IMG/VR virus record: IMGVR_UViG_3300023116_006877
Source of the DNA: an uncultured virus (IMG/VR IMGVR_UViG_3300023116_006877)
Taxonomy: Duplodnaviria; Heunggongvirae; Uroviricota; Caudoviricetes
Length of the DNA stretch: 64,000 nt
Direction: 5' to 3' (one strand)
Positions 1 through 9,701 of this stretch are shown here, in pieces. The notes beneath the pieces were generated by a model. It did no database searches and had not been told where the DNA came from. It saw only the letters and a program-made list of their open reading frames with translations. The position numbers and the translations under genes are program-made. Within the stretch, counting starts at the first letter, position 1. Each line of letters starts with the position of its first letter.

Positions 1-566
1 CAGGTAATGTTAAAATCACAGGAAATTTAAGTATCACAGGTGAGTACGAGCAGTTATCATCACAAATCAATTTGGTAGAAAATGCTTTCATTAAATTGAA
101 TTCAGGAAATGCAGAAGCAGATGCTGGAATCATCGTAGAAACATCAGACACCGACGATGCCAGATTATTTTACAGAGTGTCAGATAACAATTGGGTAGCA
201 GGTGAAGGAGGAACATATTCACAACTCATCACATTGACTGACGCAGTCACAGATGGACATTCTAACCCAGAGAGAGTTTTAAAGACCACATCAGCAGGAC
301 TTGTGAAAGTCACAACTTTACAGTTGGGTGCTGTTGGTTCTAATATCTCCACAACAGATACATCAAATTTAAACGTTCCTACCACAGGACAAGTTGCTGA
401 ATCAATTGGCAGATGGGGCGGATCTGTCACTACAGGCGGTGGAGCAGATACAGATGCAAGTAATAACATTGCTGGAAAACGATACATTGGTTTAGTGGCA
501 CCGTCAGCCGGCGTAAACGATGCCGGAACTTCAGACGGAGACATTTGGTTTGTAAGGGAGGCATAA
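1..566 (+). CDS. Tail fibre/virion structural protein, C-terminal part (5' truncated by window)
   Basis: Frame open from nt 3 (GNVKITGNLSITG...). Gly/Thr/Ser-rich with a C-terminal 'APS...DGDIWF' motif typical of phage fibres. Confidence 0.7.
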   Translation, partial: GNVKITGNLSITGEYEQLSSQINLVENAFIKLNSGNAEADAGIIVETSDTDDARLFYRVSDNNWVAGEGGTYSQLITLTDAVTDGHSNPERVLKTTSAGLVKVTTLQLGAVGSNISTTDTSNLNVPTTGQVAESIGRWGGSVTTGGGADTDASNNIAGKRYIGLVAPSAGVNDAGTSDGDIWFVREA

Positions 567-570
567 TACA

Positions 571-1986
571 ATGCCAACTATAACCAAAACATTTTCATAC
601 ACAGGTACTACACAACAGGCAACAGTGTTGCCAGGCACATCCACGATAGACATAGAATTATGGGGCGGCGGCGGAGGTGGCGGCGGTGCCGACAGGAATC
701 CAGGAGGTACGGGTGCTGGTGGATCTTATGTTGTGGCAACAGGTATAGATGTAAGTGCATTGGTTGGACAGACGATAAAAATTGGTGTTGGTGGCGGAGG
801 CGCTGGAGGATCTGGTGGCGGTAACGCGGCAGGTGGTACCAACGGAAAAAGTTTAACAGGATATTCAGGCGGAGTCGGTGGTAATTCTGGACCGGCAGGT
901 TCGTCAGGTGCTGGTGGTGGAGGAGGCGGAGCCTCTGTGATCACTATCGGTGGAACACAAATAGCAGTAGCAGGCGGTGGTGGTGCTGGTGGCGGTGGTG
1001 GAAACCATGGCATAGGAGCGTCAGCAACAGGATCAACATCGGCCACAGCAGGAACACCCGGAACATTGGGAGAAAACGGTGCCGGACACTCTGGAGACGG
1101 AGGTGGTGGCGGAGCCGGAGGCGGCGGAGCCAATGGAGGCCGAGGTGGAGCAGGAGCAAGTGGTGACACAGGTGGTCAAGGTGGTTACACAGGAACCAGT
1201 GCGGGAGGAACAGTAACATTGGCTTCTGGAACAACTCCAGGTGGCACAGGATCACCATACTATCCTTCGTCTATAGCATACGGTGGAGGTCGTGGAGGAT
1301 CAGGAGGAAACGGTCTAGTAAGAATAACTTTTAATATCAATGTTGACGCACACACAAAAGTTGGCGGAGACTGGAAAAAAATTAACGAAATGTACACAAA
1401 GGTTGACGGTGCCTGGAAGACCATAACTGCCGCTTACACAAAAGTTGGTGGAATATGGAAAGCAATGTTCAATTCGGGAGTTACATTTTCTCCCACTTCG
1501 GCAGATTTTGGAGATTCAACAGGTAATTCTACATCGGCTTCATCAGGATCTGGTGGCGGTGGTTGTTTCTTGGCAGGCACAATGATCACAATGGCAGATG
1601 GATCATTCAAACCAGTCGAACAGGTAGATATCAAAGACGAGGTAGCAGTGGGAGGATTTGTTTTTGCCACTGGTAAATTCTTGGTTGATAATTTATACGA
1701 TTACAAAGGAATCAAGGTTGCAGGCACACACATGGTCAAAGAAGACGGTAAATGGACAAGGGTTGAAAACAGTAAACACGGAGTATCGCTAGGTGATGAC
1801 GAGCATATAGTTTATGTGTTTGGATCAGAAAATAGAAGAATAATTATTAATGGTATAGAATTTACCGACTATTTCGAATTAAGCGAACAGCAAGAATTAA
1901 TAAATCACGGCGAAGGAATATTCAGTAATTGGCAAAATCATGATAGACAAATACATGATAAAAATGTTAATATACTAAATGCTTGA
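571..1986 (+). CDS. Glycine-rich tail fibre/adhesin-like protein with C-terminal Hint domain
   Basis: Poly-Gly runs and three KVxGxWK repeats, then GGGG|CFLAGTMITMADGSFKPVEQV (Hint block A), AGTH (block B) and VYVFGSENRRIIINGI (block F-like). Confidence 0.8.
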   Translation: MPTITKTFSYTGTTQQATVLPGTSTIDIELWGGGGGGGGADRNPGGTGAGGSYVVATGIDVSALVGQTIKIGVGGGGAGGSGGGNAAGGTNGKSLTGYSGGVGGNSGPAGSSGAGGGGGGASVITIGGTQIAVAGGGGAGGGGGNHGIGASATGSTSATAGTPGTLGENGAGHSGDGGGGGAGGGGANGGRGGAGASGDTGGQGGYTGTSAGGTVTLASGTTPGGTGSPYYPSSIAYGGGRGGSGGNGLVRITFNINVDAHTKVGGDWKKINEMYTKVDGAWKTITAAYTKVGGIWKAMFNSGVTFSPTSADFGDSTGNSTSASSGSGGGGCFLAGTMITMADGSFKPVEQVDIKDEVAVGGFVFATGKFLVDNLYDYKGIKVAGTHMVKEDGKWTRVENSKHGVSLGDDEHIVYVFGSENRRIIINGIEFTDYFELSEQQELINHGEGIFSNWQNHDRQIHDKNVNILNA

Positions 1987-2656
1987 TAAAAGTTTTTACC
2001 ACGGCGAACAAGGAGAATGTTTTAAAAAATTAGAAAAACATTTTCAAGAAATCAAATACGAATTTGAGTCACAGCCCAACAAAGTTTTTTTAGATCCTGA
2101 AGATTTCTCAGATGGTGTTAGGGGATTGCCGGAAGATTTTTCCGACACAGACAGGCCCGGGGATTATGTTCACGGTGAATGGAAAGCATTAGGAATACAA
2201 TCAGGTGAGCATGAAGGACAGGAATACAACGACTATCCTATGTTGTATTCGATACTAAGAAAATTTCCCTATAAAACAAATGTAGCATTTATGACAGTTG
2301 GACCAAATACCAAAATTGGTAATCATACAGACAACGAGGGAGGATGGAGATATCAATTGTGTATCGATGACGGTGGAGGTTCCGATAGTGGTATGTGGGT
2401 AACAAATTTAAAAACCAATAAACAAGAACTATACACATGGAAAACAGGTGAAGCATATGTTTTTCAACCTGGATTGCAGTTACATAATGGATTCAACAAC
2501 AATCCAGGACATAGAACCACATTACTCATTGACTTTTATAAAGAATCGCAATACACTAAAGAAAAATTTGATGAATATTATCAAAATTATTCAGAATGTT
2601 TTGAGGGTTTAGACAATTTGGTAAAAGTTTATGAGGACAGAAAAAATCAAAAATAA
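1979..2656 (+). CDS. Aspartyl/asparaginyl beta-hydroxylase-like 2OG-Fe(II) oxygenase
   Basis: HTD...H facial triad, 'WKTGEAYVF' and 'HNGFN...RTTLLIDF', as in the AspH family. Confidence 0.75.
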   Translation: MLDKSFYHGEQGECFKKLEKHFQEIKYEFESQPNKVFLDPEDFSDGVRGLPEDFSDTDRPGDYVHGEWKALGIQSGEHEGQEYNDYPMLYSILRKFPYKTNVAFMTVGPNTKIGNHTDNEGGWRYQLCIDDGGGSDSGMWVTNLKTNKQELYTWKTGEAYVFQPGLQLHNGFNNNPGHRTTLLIDFYKESQYTKEKFDEYYQNYSECFEGLDNLVKVYEDRKNQK

Positions 2657-3215
2657 GATAGCAATAGTGGGTCACACCAAGGGAATTGGTAAAGCCATCT
2701 CTGATTTATACAAGAAAAAAAATTATACTGTCGTTGGATTTAGCCGAAGCAACGGTTTTGATCTAGAAAAACAACAGAATGAAATATTAGAAAAATTAGA
2801 TGATTGTCGTTTGATCGTCATCAATGCATACGCCAAAAAAGGACAATTAGAGTTATTAAAAAGAATTTATGGAAAATATCTATATTCGAACAAAAAAGTT
2901 GCTGTGATCACAAGCACATCAGGAACATCAGCAGGTCAAGATTCCGAACACACAACTAAAACTTATATAGAGTATTGTAAAATGAAAAAACAATTGATAG
3001 GTTATATATCAGAATTACAACAGGAATTGTTACAACCAGGAACAATGTCGGTACATGACATATGCCCAGATACAGTAAGAACAGAAATGTCAAAAGGACT
3101 GTGGGAAGATTATCCCAAACTAAAAGCAACAGATGTGGCAGAATGTGTTGACTTGGTTTTTTCAACAAACAAATATAATATAAACAAAATAGTGATTCAG
3201 AAATATGAAAAGTAG
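2631..3215 (+). CDS. Short-chain dehydrogenase/reductase-like protein
   Basis: Rossmann motif GHTKGIG, INA, YCKMK (YxxxK) and 'PDTVRTEM'. Confidence 0.7.
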   Translation: MRTEKIKNKIAIVGHTKGIGKAISDLYKKKNYTVVGFSRSNGFDLEKQQNEILEKLDDCRLIVINAYAKKGQLELLKRIYGKYLYSNKKVAVITSTSGTSAGQDSEHTTKTYIEYCKMKKQLIGYISELQQELLQPGTMSVHDICPDTVRTEMSKGLWEDYPKLKATDVAECVDLVFSTNKYNINKIVIQKYEK

Positions 3216-3675
3216 AAAATGGCATAGAAAAAAAGACTACGAAACACTGGTCAAATGGTGGAATCAACATGAGTTTGGAGTGGTACCTCAAGAAGTTTTA
3301 CCCCCGGACGGAATAATGATTGAAAAAGACGGAGTTCCAATTTGTGCAGGTGGTTTGTACATAGGTAAAGGTACGAGATTTGCCTTCATGGAATGGGTAG
3401 TAGGAAACAAAGAAGCGAATAAAAGAGATCTACACACAGGTCTCAAACTCTGTATCGACTCCTTATTTCAATTGGCAAAGGACAAAGGAATGGATTTAGT
3501 GTTTACAACCACCGGACAAGAAGCATTACAGAAAAGATATACCAAATATCATGGCATGGAATTAACTGAAAATGCAGTCAAAACCTATCTTAAAGACCTT
3601 AAAGGTAACACCTATAAAAAATTGGATTGGATACAGGATGATGAGCAAATAAGCAAACGTTATTCTAATAAATAG
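3205..3675 (+). CDS. Hypothetical protein, possible GNAT-like fold
   Basis: Coupled ORF whose pattern (ICAGGLY...MEWVV...L..LAKDKG..VFT) resembles GNAT-like phage proteins. Confidence 0.45.
   Translation: MKSRKWHRKKDYETLVKWWNQHEFGVVPQEVLPPDGIMIEKDGVPICAGGLYIGKGTRFAFMEWVVGNKEANKRDLHTGLKLCIDSLFQLAKDKGMDLVFTTTGQEALQKRYTKYHGMELTENAVKTYLKDLKGNTYKKLDWIQDDEQISKRYSNK
3668..3674 (+). promoter_or_regulatory. Putative late promoter ATAAATA
   Basis: Same motif recurs immediately upstream of many genes here and resembles the T4 late promoter TATAAATA. Confidence 0.55.
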
Positions 3676-3695
3676 CAGTAAGGATACTATAAAAA

Positions 3696-3872
3696 ATGAC
3701 AACAAAAGCAGAAGTAACAGCATATATTGATTCAACCTGGTCTGAAGCATGGACTAGTGATGAAGAGTCAAAGATAGATGCCATGCTTAATCCTGAAATC
3801 GCAGACATATTAATCAAGGTTGTTGGCGAGGTAGAATTTTTAAAAGAAGTAGCGGGTAATAAAAGTAATTAA
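3696..3872 (+). CDS. Small hypothetical protein (58 aa), paralog of the next ORF; absent from ORF track
   Basis: Hand translation MTTKAEVTAYIDSTWSEAWTSDEESKIDAMLNPEIADILIKVVGEVEFLKEVAGNKSN; AGGA upstream. Confidence 0.75.
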   Translation: MTTKAEVTAYIDSTWSEAWTSDEESKIDAMLNPEIADILIKVVGEVEFLKEVAGNKSN

Positions 3873-3873
3873 A

Positions 3874-4041
3874 ATGATCACTAAACAACAAACAGCAGAT
3901 TATATAAATTTAAATATACATGAAGTATTGAGTGAAAGCGAAAAAGAAATTCTTCGTGGAGTGATCACACCAGAGATTGCAACAATCTTAATTAAATTAT
4001 TGGGAGATGTTGCATTTTTAACAGAGATAAGAGACAACTAA
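3874..4041 (+). CDS. Small hypothetical protein (55 aa), paralog of the previous ORF; absent from ORF track
   Basis: Hand translation MITKQQTADYINLNIHEVLSESEKEILRGVITPEIATILIKLLGDVAFLTEIRDN; fills the gap exactly. Confidence 0.75.
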   Translation: MITKQQTADYINLNIHEVLSESEKEILRGVITPEIATILIKLLGDVAFLTEIRDN

Positions 4042-4045
4042 TATT

Positions 4046-5656
4046 ATGGCATATACAGTAAACAAAACAGACGGTACAACATTAATTGTGTTACAAGATG
4101 GAACAATTGATCTTGCATCAACTGATCTAGCACTTTTTGGTAAAGGGTATGCCGGCTTCGGTGAAAGATTGAATGAGAACTTTGTCAAGATGTTAGAAAA
4201 TTTTTCTAACACCACTGCTCCTGCAAATAAAATCAAAGGACAGTTATGGTACGATTCTTTAAACAACCAAGTCAATGTTTATAATGGAACAGAATTTAAA
4301 CCGGTGGGTAGCAGTCGAAATTCTTCTACACAACCCACATCAGGAAACCTAGGTGATACTTGGTTTGATACAACAAACAATCAATTGTATGTGTACAACG
4401 GTTCAGGTTGGACATTGATCGGCCCAACCTCAGTATCTGGTTCTGGAGTCACACAAATAGTTTCAGACACAGTGGAAGATAGTGTGGGTGTTAATAGATC
4501 GATTTTAAAAATGATCACAAACGATATCATAGTGGCAATAGTCAGTCAAGTACAGTTTGTACCAAAAACAACAATTTCTGGATTCTCAACAATTTTTGTT
4601 GGGATCACATTGAACTCAACATCTCTTTCCGGAGCAAAATTACACGGTACATCAACTAACTCCGATGCTTTAGATGGCACATCGGCTAGCGCCTACATAG
4701 AAACAACAGGTGGTGCCATAACTGGAAGTTTATCAATAACAAACGGAATATCTGTTGGAGCAAGCCTTAACGGATCTCTATCAATGATATCAGATGATTT
4801 GATATTAGAAAACAATATCAATGATGGAGACATAAAATTAAATGTCAATTCGGGCAGTGTGTTGTCAACTAATGCATTAACAATAGACGGTGGAACAGCA
4901 TCAGTTATCATTCCAAGAGATCTACGAGTCAAAGGAACATTGACAGTTGAAGGTTCACAGACCATTATCAATACAACTACTTTATCGGTAGAGGACAACA
5001 TTATCGAGTTGAATAGAAATATATCCAACAATGCCAGTATGCCGAATCATACAGGATTAAAAGTTAATAGGGGTGTGGGAACGTCTCCTGTGGAAGAAGA
5101 TTTATATTGGGTATGGGATGAAACATTTGCAGACGACGGAAGCACAATTTATGGCAACGCCGGTGGTGCCTGGACTGCATTCAGATCATCCACAGATAAT
5201 TTAAGTGCACCGACACTGACAGACATCAGAGCCAACATAGTACACGCAACATCAACATCGGCACAATACGCAGATTTGGCGGAAAGGTACGAAGCAGATA
5301 TGGCAACAGAGCCCGGCGATGTTGTGATATTGGGTGGTGAAAAAGAAGTGACGATTTGCAAAGAGGAATTATCTAATCAAGTATTTGGTGTTGTTTCGGA
5401 AAAACCAGCATTTTTAATGAACAAAGATGCCGGAAACAACGATTCGCACCCAATGATTGCTCTAAAAGGCAGGGTAGATGTAAAAGTTACGGGCACAGGC
5501 AAAAAAGGTGATCGTATTGTTAGCAGTAGCACCCCTGGAGTGGCAAAAGTAGCACAATTAGACGATTGTACACCGTTTAACGTGCTAGGAAGACTGTTAG
5601 TAGATAAATATACAAAGATAACACAATTAGTACAATGTGCAATAGGAGTTAAATAA
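4046..5656 (+). CDS. Tail/baseplate structural protein with C-terminal intramolecular-chaperone (peptidase G2-like) domain
   Basis: N-terminal 'MAYTVNKTDG...GERLNENFVKMLENF...GQLWYD' seen in myovirus fibre/baseplate proteins. C-terminal 'AQYADLAERY...PGDVV...GVVS...ALKGRV' autocleavage-type domain. Confidence 0.7.
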   Translation: MAYTVNKTDGTTLIVLQDGTIDLASTDLALFGKGYAGFGERLNENFVKMLENFSNTTAPANKIKGQLWYDSLNNQVNVYNGTEFKPVGSSRNSSTQPTSGNLGDTWFDTTNNQLYVYNGSGWTLIGPTSVSGSGVTQIVSDTVEDSVGVNRSILKMITNDIIVAIVSQVQFVPKTTISGFSTIFVGITLNSTSLSGAKLHGTSTNSDALDGTSASAYIETTGGAITGSLSITNGISVGASLNGSLSMISDDLILENNINDGDIKLNVNSGSVLSTNALTIDGGTASVIIPRDLRVKGTLTVEGSQTIINTTTLSVEDNIIELNRNISNNASMPNHTGLKVNRGVGTSPVEEDLYWVWDETFADDGSTIYGNAGGAWTAFRSSTDNLSAPTLTDIRANIVHATSTSAQYADLAERYEADMATEPGDVVILGGEKEVTICKEELSNQVFGVVSEKPAFLMNKDAGNNDSHPMIALKGRVDVKVTGTGKKGDRIVSSSTPGVAKVAQLDDCTPFNVLGRLLVDKYTKITQLVQCAIGVK

Positions 5657-5657
5657 C

Positions 5658-6629
5658 ATGGCGTATACAGCAGGTGACACAATTTTAGATGATGAATATA
5701 ACTCGTTCGCGGCGAGTAGCTCATCACCTTACGGAATCAACCACATGATCGGAACAGGATCAGGTGATTATGGTTTAGGACAAACGACAATTTCAACAGT
5801 AACAGCAGGTAACACGGTAACAGCGGCCCAATGGAACTCACTATTCGGTGCCATGGATAACCTTGCCAACCATGCAGAAGTTTCATTAACATCAACAACA
5901 GCAAAAGCGGCAGGTGATAATGTTGCGATCATTTCAGCATTACAAACTGACTTGGCAAATCTAGCCACAGCGGTTGCGGCAGGATGCCCATCAGCATCAG
6001 GAGGACTAACACAATCAGCGGCATTACAAAATGCAGACTCCAGCACAAGATGGACAGGTAGCCATGTATCAGAACTTACTACAAACTTTTCAAGTGGTAA
6101 TGAAATGAGATGGTTCTTTAACGCTGGCGGAAAAATTCAAATAGACACATCAAGAATAGGTAATGGTGGTTCTTCAGCAACATCAAAAGACAACTCACTC
6201 AGCGAATTAGTAACTGGGTTGGGAAGACTTGCGATTGGTTCAAAAGAATCTACAAGATCAGGTTCAACTGAAACAGTAAGTACAAACGGACTTGCTCTTG
6301 GTTATCATGACCTAACAACGTCTTATCAAACAATACTTAGACTCACACAAGATGGTGGCAGTTACACTTCAATGTACCTAGACATACAAGCAAAATTGAA
6401 TGGTGCAGTGGGAACAGCAACAGCGATCACAGTGAGAGTAGAGTTCAATGATCCAGACGGCGGAGATGGCACATTTACATCTGGTAACACTTCAGGTGTT
6501 GATCAATATGCCAACTTCATTGGTCAGACAAGACACACATTGTTGACTTTAGACCCTAACACAACAAACGGTTTAACAACAGCGTATGTTCCGTCTTCGA
6601 CTGCGGTAACATCAAACAGTACTGCCTAG
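5658..6629 (+). CDS. Virion structural protein (Ser/Thr/Gly-rich)
   Basis: Composition, 'RWFFNAGGKI' motif and position in the tail operon. Confidence 0.55.
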   Translation: MAYTAGDTILDDEYNSFAASSSSPYGINHMIGTGSGDYGLGQTTISTVTAGNTVTAAQWNSLFGAMDNLANHAEVSLTSTTAKAAGDNVAIISALQTDLANLATAVAAGCPSASGGLTQSAALQNADSSTRWTGSHVSELTTNFSSGNEMRWFFNAGGKIQIDTSRIGNGGSSATSKDNSLSELVTGLGRLAIGSKESTRSGSTETVSTNGLALGYHDLTTSYQTILRLTQDGGSYTSMYLDIQAKLNGAVGTATAITVRVEFNDPDGGDGTFTSGNTSGVDQYANFIGQTRHTLLTLDPNTTNGLTTAYVPSSTAVTSNSTA

Positions 6630-6646
6630 TAATTAATTTTACCAGG

Positions 6647-6675
6647 TTGAGTTCTAGCCATAATTATGTTATAAT
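6647..6675 (+). promoter_or_regulatory. Sigma70-type promoter (TTGAGT-17-TATAAT, extended TGn), 6 nt before ATG
   Basis: Read directly; heads the 6.7-24.8 kb operon. Confidence 0.75.
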
Positions 6676-6681
6676 TGTGGT

Positions 6682-6996
6682 ATGGATTTATCTGACTTAA
6701 AAAAACAATCGGATCTAAGTTTCGAAGTAGCAACGGCCAAAAGGAATGCTCTGGAAAGAGCAAGGTCCAGACAAGTTGTTGCTTATAACGGTTCTATATT
6801 TTCTGCGGATGCTGATACCATCAACCTAGTTGACACATTAAAAAAAACACACAAAACATTTTTCATTCTAGACAGCAACGAAAATCCCTGCGAAATAACC
6901 AACCCAGAAGAATTTTTAGAAATACTGTTAAAACGAAATCAAGAAGCACTAAACGAATATCATCAATTATATAATCAATTAAAAAAAAGGGTTTGA
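6682..6996 (+). CDS. Hypothetical protein
   Basis: First ORF after the promoter, coupled to the next gene. Confidence 0.7.
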   Translation: MDLSDLKKQSDLSFEVATAKRNALERARSRQVVAYNGSIFSADADTINLVDTLKKTHKTFFILDSNENPCEITNPEEFLEILLKRNQEALNEYHQLYNQLKKRV

Positions 6997-6997
6997 T

Positions 6998-7747
6998 ATG
7001 TCAGCAGGTGTATTAATCTACTGTTTTGATTCGGAAAAAATCAAATATCATACAGTTACTAATTTCTGCATTCAGCAGATCAAAAAACATTTAAATCTTC
7101 CCGTGACAGTGGTCACTAATGAATCGACAAAAAAATTTTTAAAGGATGTTGACAGCACAGTGGTCATAGAAAATAAGTCAGGAAATAAAAGAGTTTATAA
7201 AAATAAAACTGTGGATTGGTTCAATTTAGAAAGAGCAAAATCCTATGAGTACACTCCCTATGACACAACAATACTATTAGATGCCGACTATTTTGTTTAC
7301 ACAGATAATTTGTTACAATTTGTTGATACTGGTTATGATTTTTTATTACACAACAAAGTACATGACCTAACCGGTAGAAATAAATTCGAATACAGTTCGT
7401 TAAGTATGTTACCTATTGTTTGGGCAACAGTGACTATTTTTAAAAAAAATAAAACAACCGAAAACATATTTCGATTGATACAACACATACAACACAATTA
7501 CAATTATTTTTGTAATCTATACAGGATAGATTTTAAGAACTTCCGCAATGATTATGCTTTTGCGATTGCTATGCATCAACTGAACATCAAAAATTACATA
7601 CCGGTTAAAATGAGTATGTTACCCACAGATGTTGACATATTAGAAATTAATGATTCTTCAATTAAGTTCCGATATGCTGATTGTGTTGGTATGACGGAAA
7701 AACAAGATGTACACATTCTAAACAAGGAGATACCAATCGATGTCTAA
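6998..7747 (+). CDS. GT-A fold glycosyltransferase-like protein
   Basis: 'TPYDTTILLDADY' DxD motif, 'RNDYAF' and C-terminal HxxNK. Confidence 0.65.
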   Translation: MSAGVLIYCFDSEKIKYHTVTNFCIQQIKKHLNLPVTVVTNESTKKFLKDVDSTVVIENKSGNKRVYKNKTVDWFNLERAKSYEYTPYDTTILLDADYFVYTDNLLQFVDTGYDFLLHNKVHDLTGRNKFEYSSLSMLPIVWATVTIFKKNKTTENIFRLIQHIQHNYNYFCNLYRIDFKNFRNDYAFAIAMHQLNIKNYIPVKMSMLPTDVDILEINDSSIKFRYADCVGMTEKQDVHILNKEIPIDV

Positions 7748-8546
7748 AGGTTTTCTATGGTTTGCACAGAACAACGAAAAAACAGATTATGCTAAATTAA
7801 GTATCGAGTTGGCAAAATCTATTAAACAACACAATAATGAAAACCTAATATGTGTTGTCACGGATAAACTGACAAAAATTAATAGCGATTATATAGATTA
7901 TGTTGTTGTTTTAAAAGATGACAACAGCGAGAAGCATTCAAACAAATTTTCAAACGAATACAAAGCATTTAGTTTGACACCGTTTACACATACAATTAAA
8001 TTAGAAGCCGATATGTTGTTCACATCCTGCACTGACGAATGGTGGAATCATTTAGGACAGCACGACATGGTGTTCTCGATCAATTGTAGAAATTATAAAG
8101 ATGAAATTATTAATAATAGTCCTTATAGAAAAATATTTAATAAAAATTTATTGGCAGATGTTTATAACGGAATGTTTTATTTTAGAAAAAGTGTTTTATC
8201 TAAAAAATTTTTTGATATTTGCAAAACAATTACACTAAATTGGAGCACAGTAAGAGATGAAATGTTGATTAATTGTCATGACGACGTACCGACAACAGAT
8301 GTAGTTTATGCTCTTTCATTGAGAATTTTAGATCCCACGAATCAATTATTAGTAGACTATCCATGGTTTAAATTTATACATAATAAACCTGGAATAAACA
8401 ACACAGAAAGTGTCATGGATCAACACAATTATCTTTATCCAACACGACTCGCTGATAGGATGTATCTGGGAGGTAAGAGATTAAACAGGGTATGGCATTA
8501 TTATCAAAAAGACACAACGGAGTTATTGAATGACCGAATTTTTTAA
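7740..8546 (+). CDS. GT-A fold glycosyltransferase-like protein (paralog of previous)
   Basis: 'TPFTHTIKLEADM', 'YNGMFYF', 'TDVVYA' and 'FIHNK'. Confidence 0.65.
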   Translation: MSKGFLWFAQNNEKTDYAKLSIELAKSIKQHNNENLICVVTDKLTKINSDYIDYVVVLKDDNSEKHSNKFSNEYKAFSLTPFTHTIKLEADMLFTSCTDEWWNHLGQHDMVFSINCRNYKDEIINNSPYRKIFNKNLLADVYNGMFYFRKSVLSKKFFDICKTITLNWSTVRDEMLINCHDDVPTTDVVYALSLRILDPTNQLLVDYPWFKFIHNKPGINNTESVMDQHNYLYPTRLADRMYLGGKRLNRVWHYYQKDTTELLNDRIF

Positions 8547-8835
8547 CGCATTAGGTAATTTCAAGCCTAGGAAAAGAAAACCAGATCTGGTGACCATAGA
8601 TGGAAAAATTATGGAAGTGTCTCACGAAACAATGTTAGAAATACAAAAATCAGGAATAGAACAATGGATGTTGGACAGTGATGGCAAGATTGTAAAAAAA
8701 CCTATCAAAAAGACCGGCAGAATATTTAATGAACTTAAAAAATCAAAAGAAGGATATGTGTTCTTAGATGGAGATCCATATTGGCCCGTAGGATTCAAGG
8801 AAGGGGGATACACATGGCAGACACCGTTAGAATAA
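8530..8835 (+). CDS. Hypothetical protein
   Basis: ORF overlapping both neighbours within the operon. Confidence 0.6.
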   Translation: MTEFFNALGNFKPRKRKPDLVTIDGKIMEVSHETMLEIQKSGIEQWMLDSDGKIVKKPIKKTGRIFNELKKSKEGYVFLDGDPYWPVGFKEGGYTWQTPLE

Positions 8836-9701
8836 GTGATTTAGATTTTGTGTTCATATCTTTTTATGAACCCAACAAGGAAGAAAATTATGCTAATCTA
8901 TTAAACATCGTGCCTTGGGCAAAACGTGTGGATGGAGTCAAAGGTTTTGATAATGCACACAAAGCCGCGGCAGAGATTGCAGAAACAGATTTTTTTATAT
9001 CCATAGACGGAGACAATGTTATTGATCCTTCATTTTTATTACAAAAATTAGATTGGACGAAAACTAATAAAAAAGCAGTACACAGATGGAAAGCAAAAAA
9101 TTCAATAAACGGATTGATATATGGCAACGGAGGAGTCGTTGGATGGGATAAAGAAACCTGTTTGAAAATGAAAACCCACGAAAATGCAGAGGACGAAAAA
9201 GCCAAAATAGATTTTTGTTGGACAGTACCTCATGAAAATTTACATAATGTTTATAGTAATACAGTAATCAACTTTTCACCGGAGCAGGCATTTGTTGCCG
9301 GATTTCGAGAAGGTGTAAAGATGAGTTTAGATCAAGGTAATAGAATTTCACCTTTGGATTTTTCAAATAAGATACATCAACACAATTTACGAATATTGTC
9401 CATATGGCAAAGCATCGGGGCAGATGTTGAATATGGAAAATACGCCATGTTAGGTGCAAGAGTTGGTTGTTATCAAGCAACCATAAAAAGTAATTTTAAT
9501 TTAGAAAATGTTAGAAACTTAGACAGTTGTAAAAGTTTTTTTCATGCAATCAATGATTTGGATGAAGATATAGAAATGTACGGAAATAGTCTGAAACAAA
9601 AATTAGATATTCCAATCAGCACTTTTAATGCCGAAGGCAGTCGTTTTTTTAAATTTTGTCAAAAACCTTATGTTAATAAAGGAGTGCAGGATCGTGAGTA
9701 G
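8814..9701 (+). CDS. GT-A fold glycosyltransferase-like protein
   Basis: 'FISFYEPN...VDGVKGFDNAHKAAA...FISIDGDN' with DxD; start reassigned to ATG 8814. Confidence 0.6.
   Translation: MADTVRISDLDFVFISFYEPNKEENYANLLNIVPWAKRVDGVKGFDNAHKAAAEIAETDFFISIDGDNVIDPSFLLQKLDWTKTNKKAVHRWKAKNSINGLIYGNGGVVGWDKETCLKMKTHENAEDEKAKIDFCWTVPHENLHNVYSNTVINFSPEQAFVAGFREGVKMSLDQGNRISPLDFSNKIHQHNLRILSIWQSIGADVEYGKYAMLGARVGCYQATIKSNFNLENVRNLDSCKSFFHAINDLDEDIEMYGNSLKQKLDIPISTFNAEGSRFFKFCQKPYVNKGVQDRE

Noticed and set aside
660..1310. DNA tandem repeat or CRISPR in the GGN-rich tract
   Set aside because: Explained by glycine codons with varied third positions; no repeat-spacer structure was seen anywhere in the window.
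170..1670. Antisense Pro-rich ORFs, and similar opposite-strand or nested ORFs throughout the track
   Set aside because: Shadows of real genes, with no RBS, promoter or recognisable motifs.
1564..1880. Classical splicing intein in the fibre gene
   Set aside because: No C-terminal His-Asn followed by Cys/Ser/Thr and no endonuclease domain; treated as a cleavage-type Hint.
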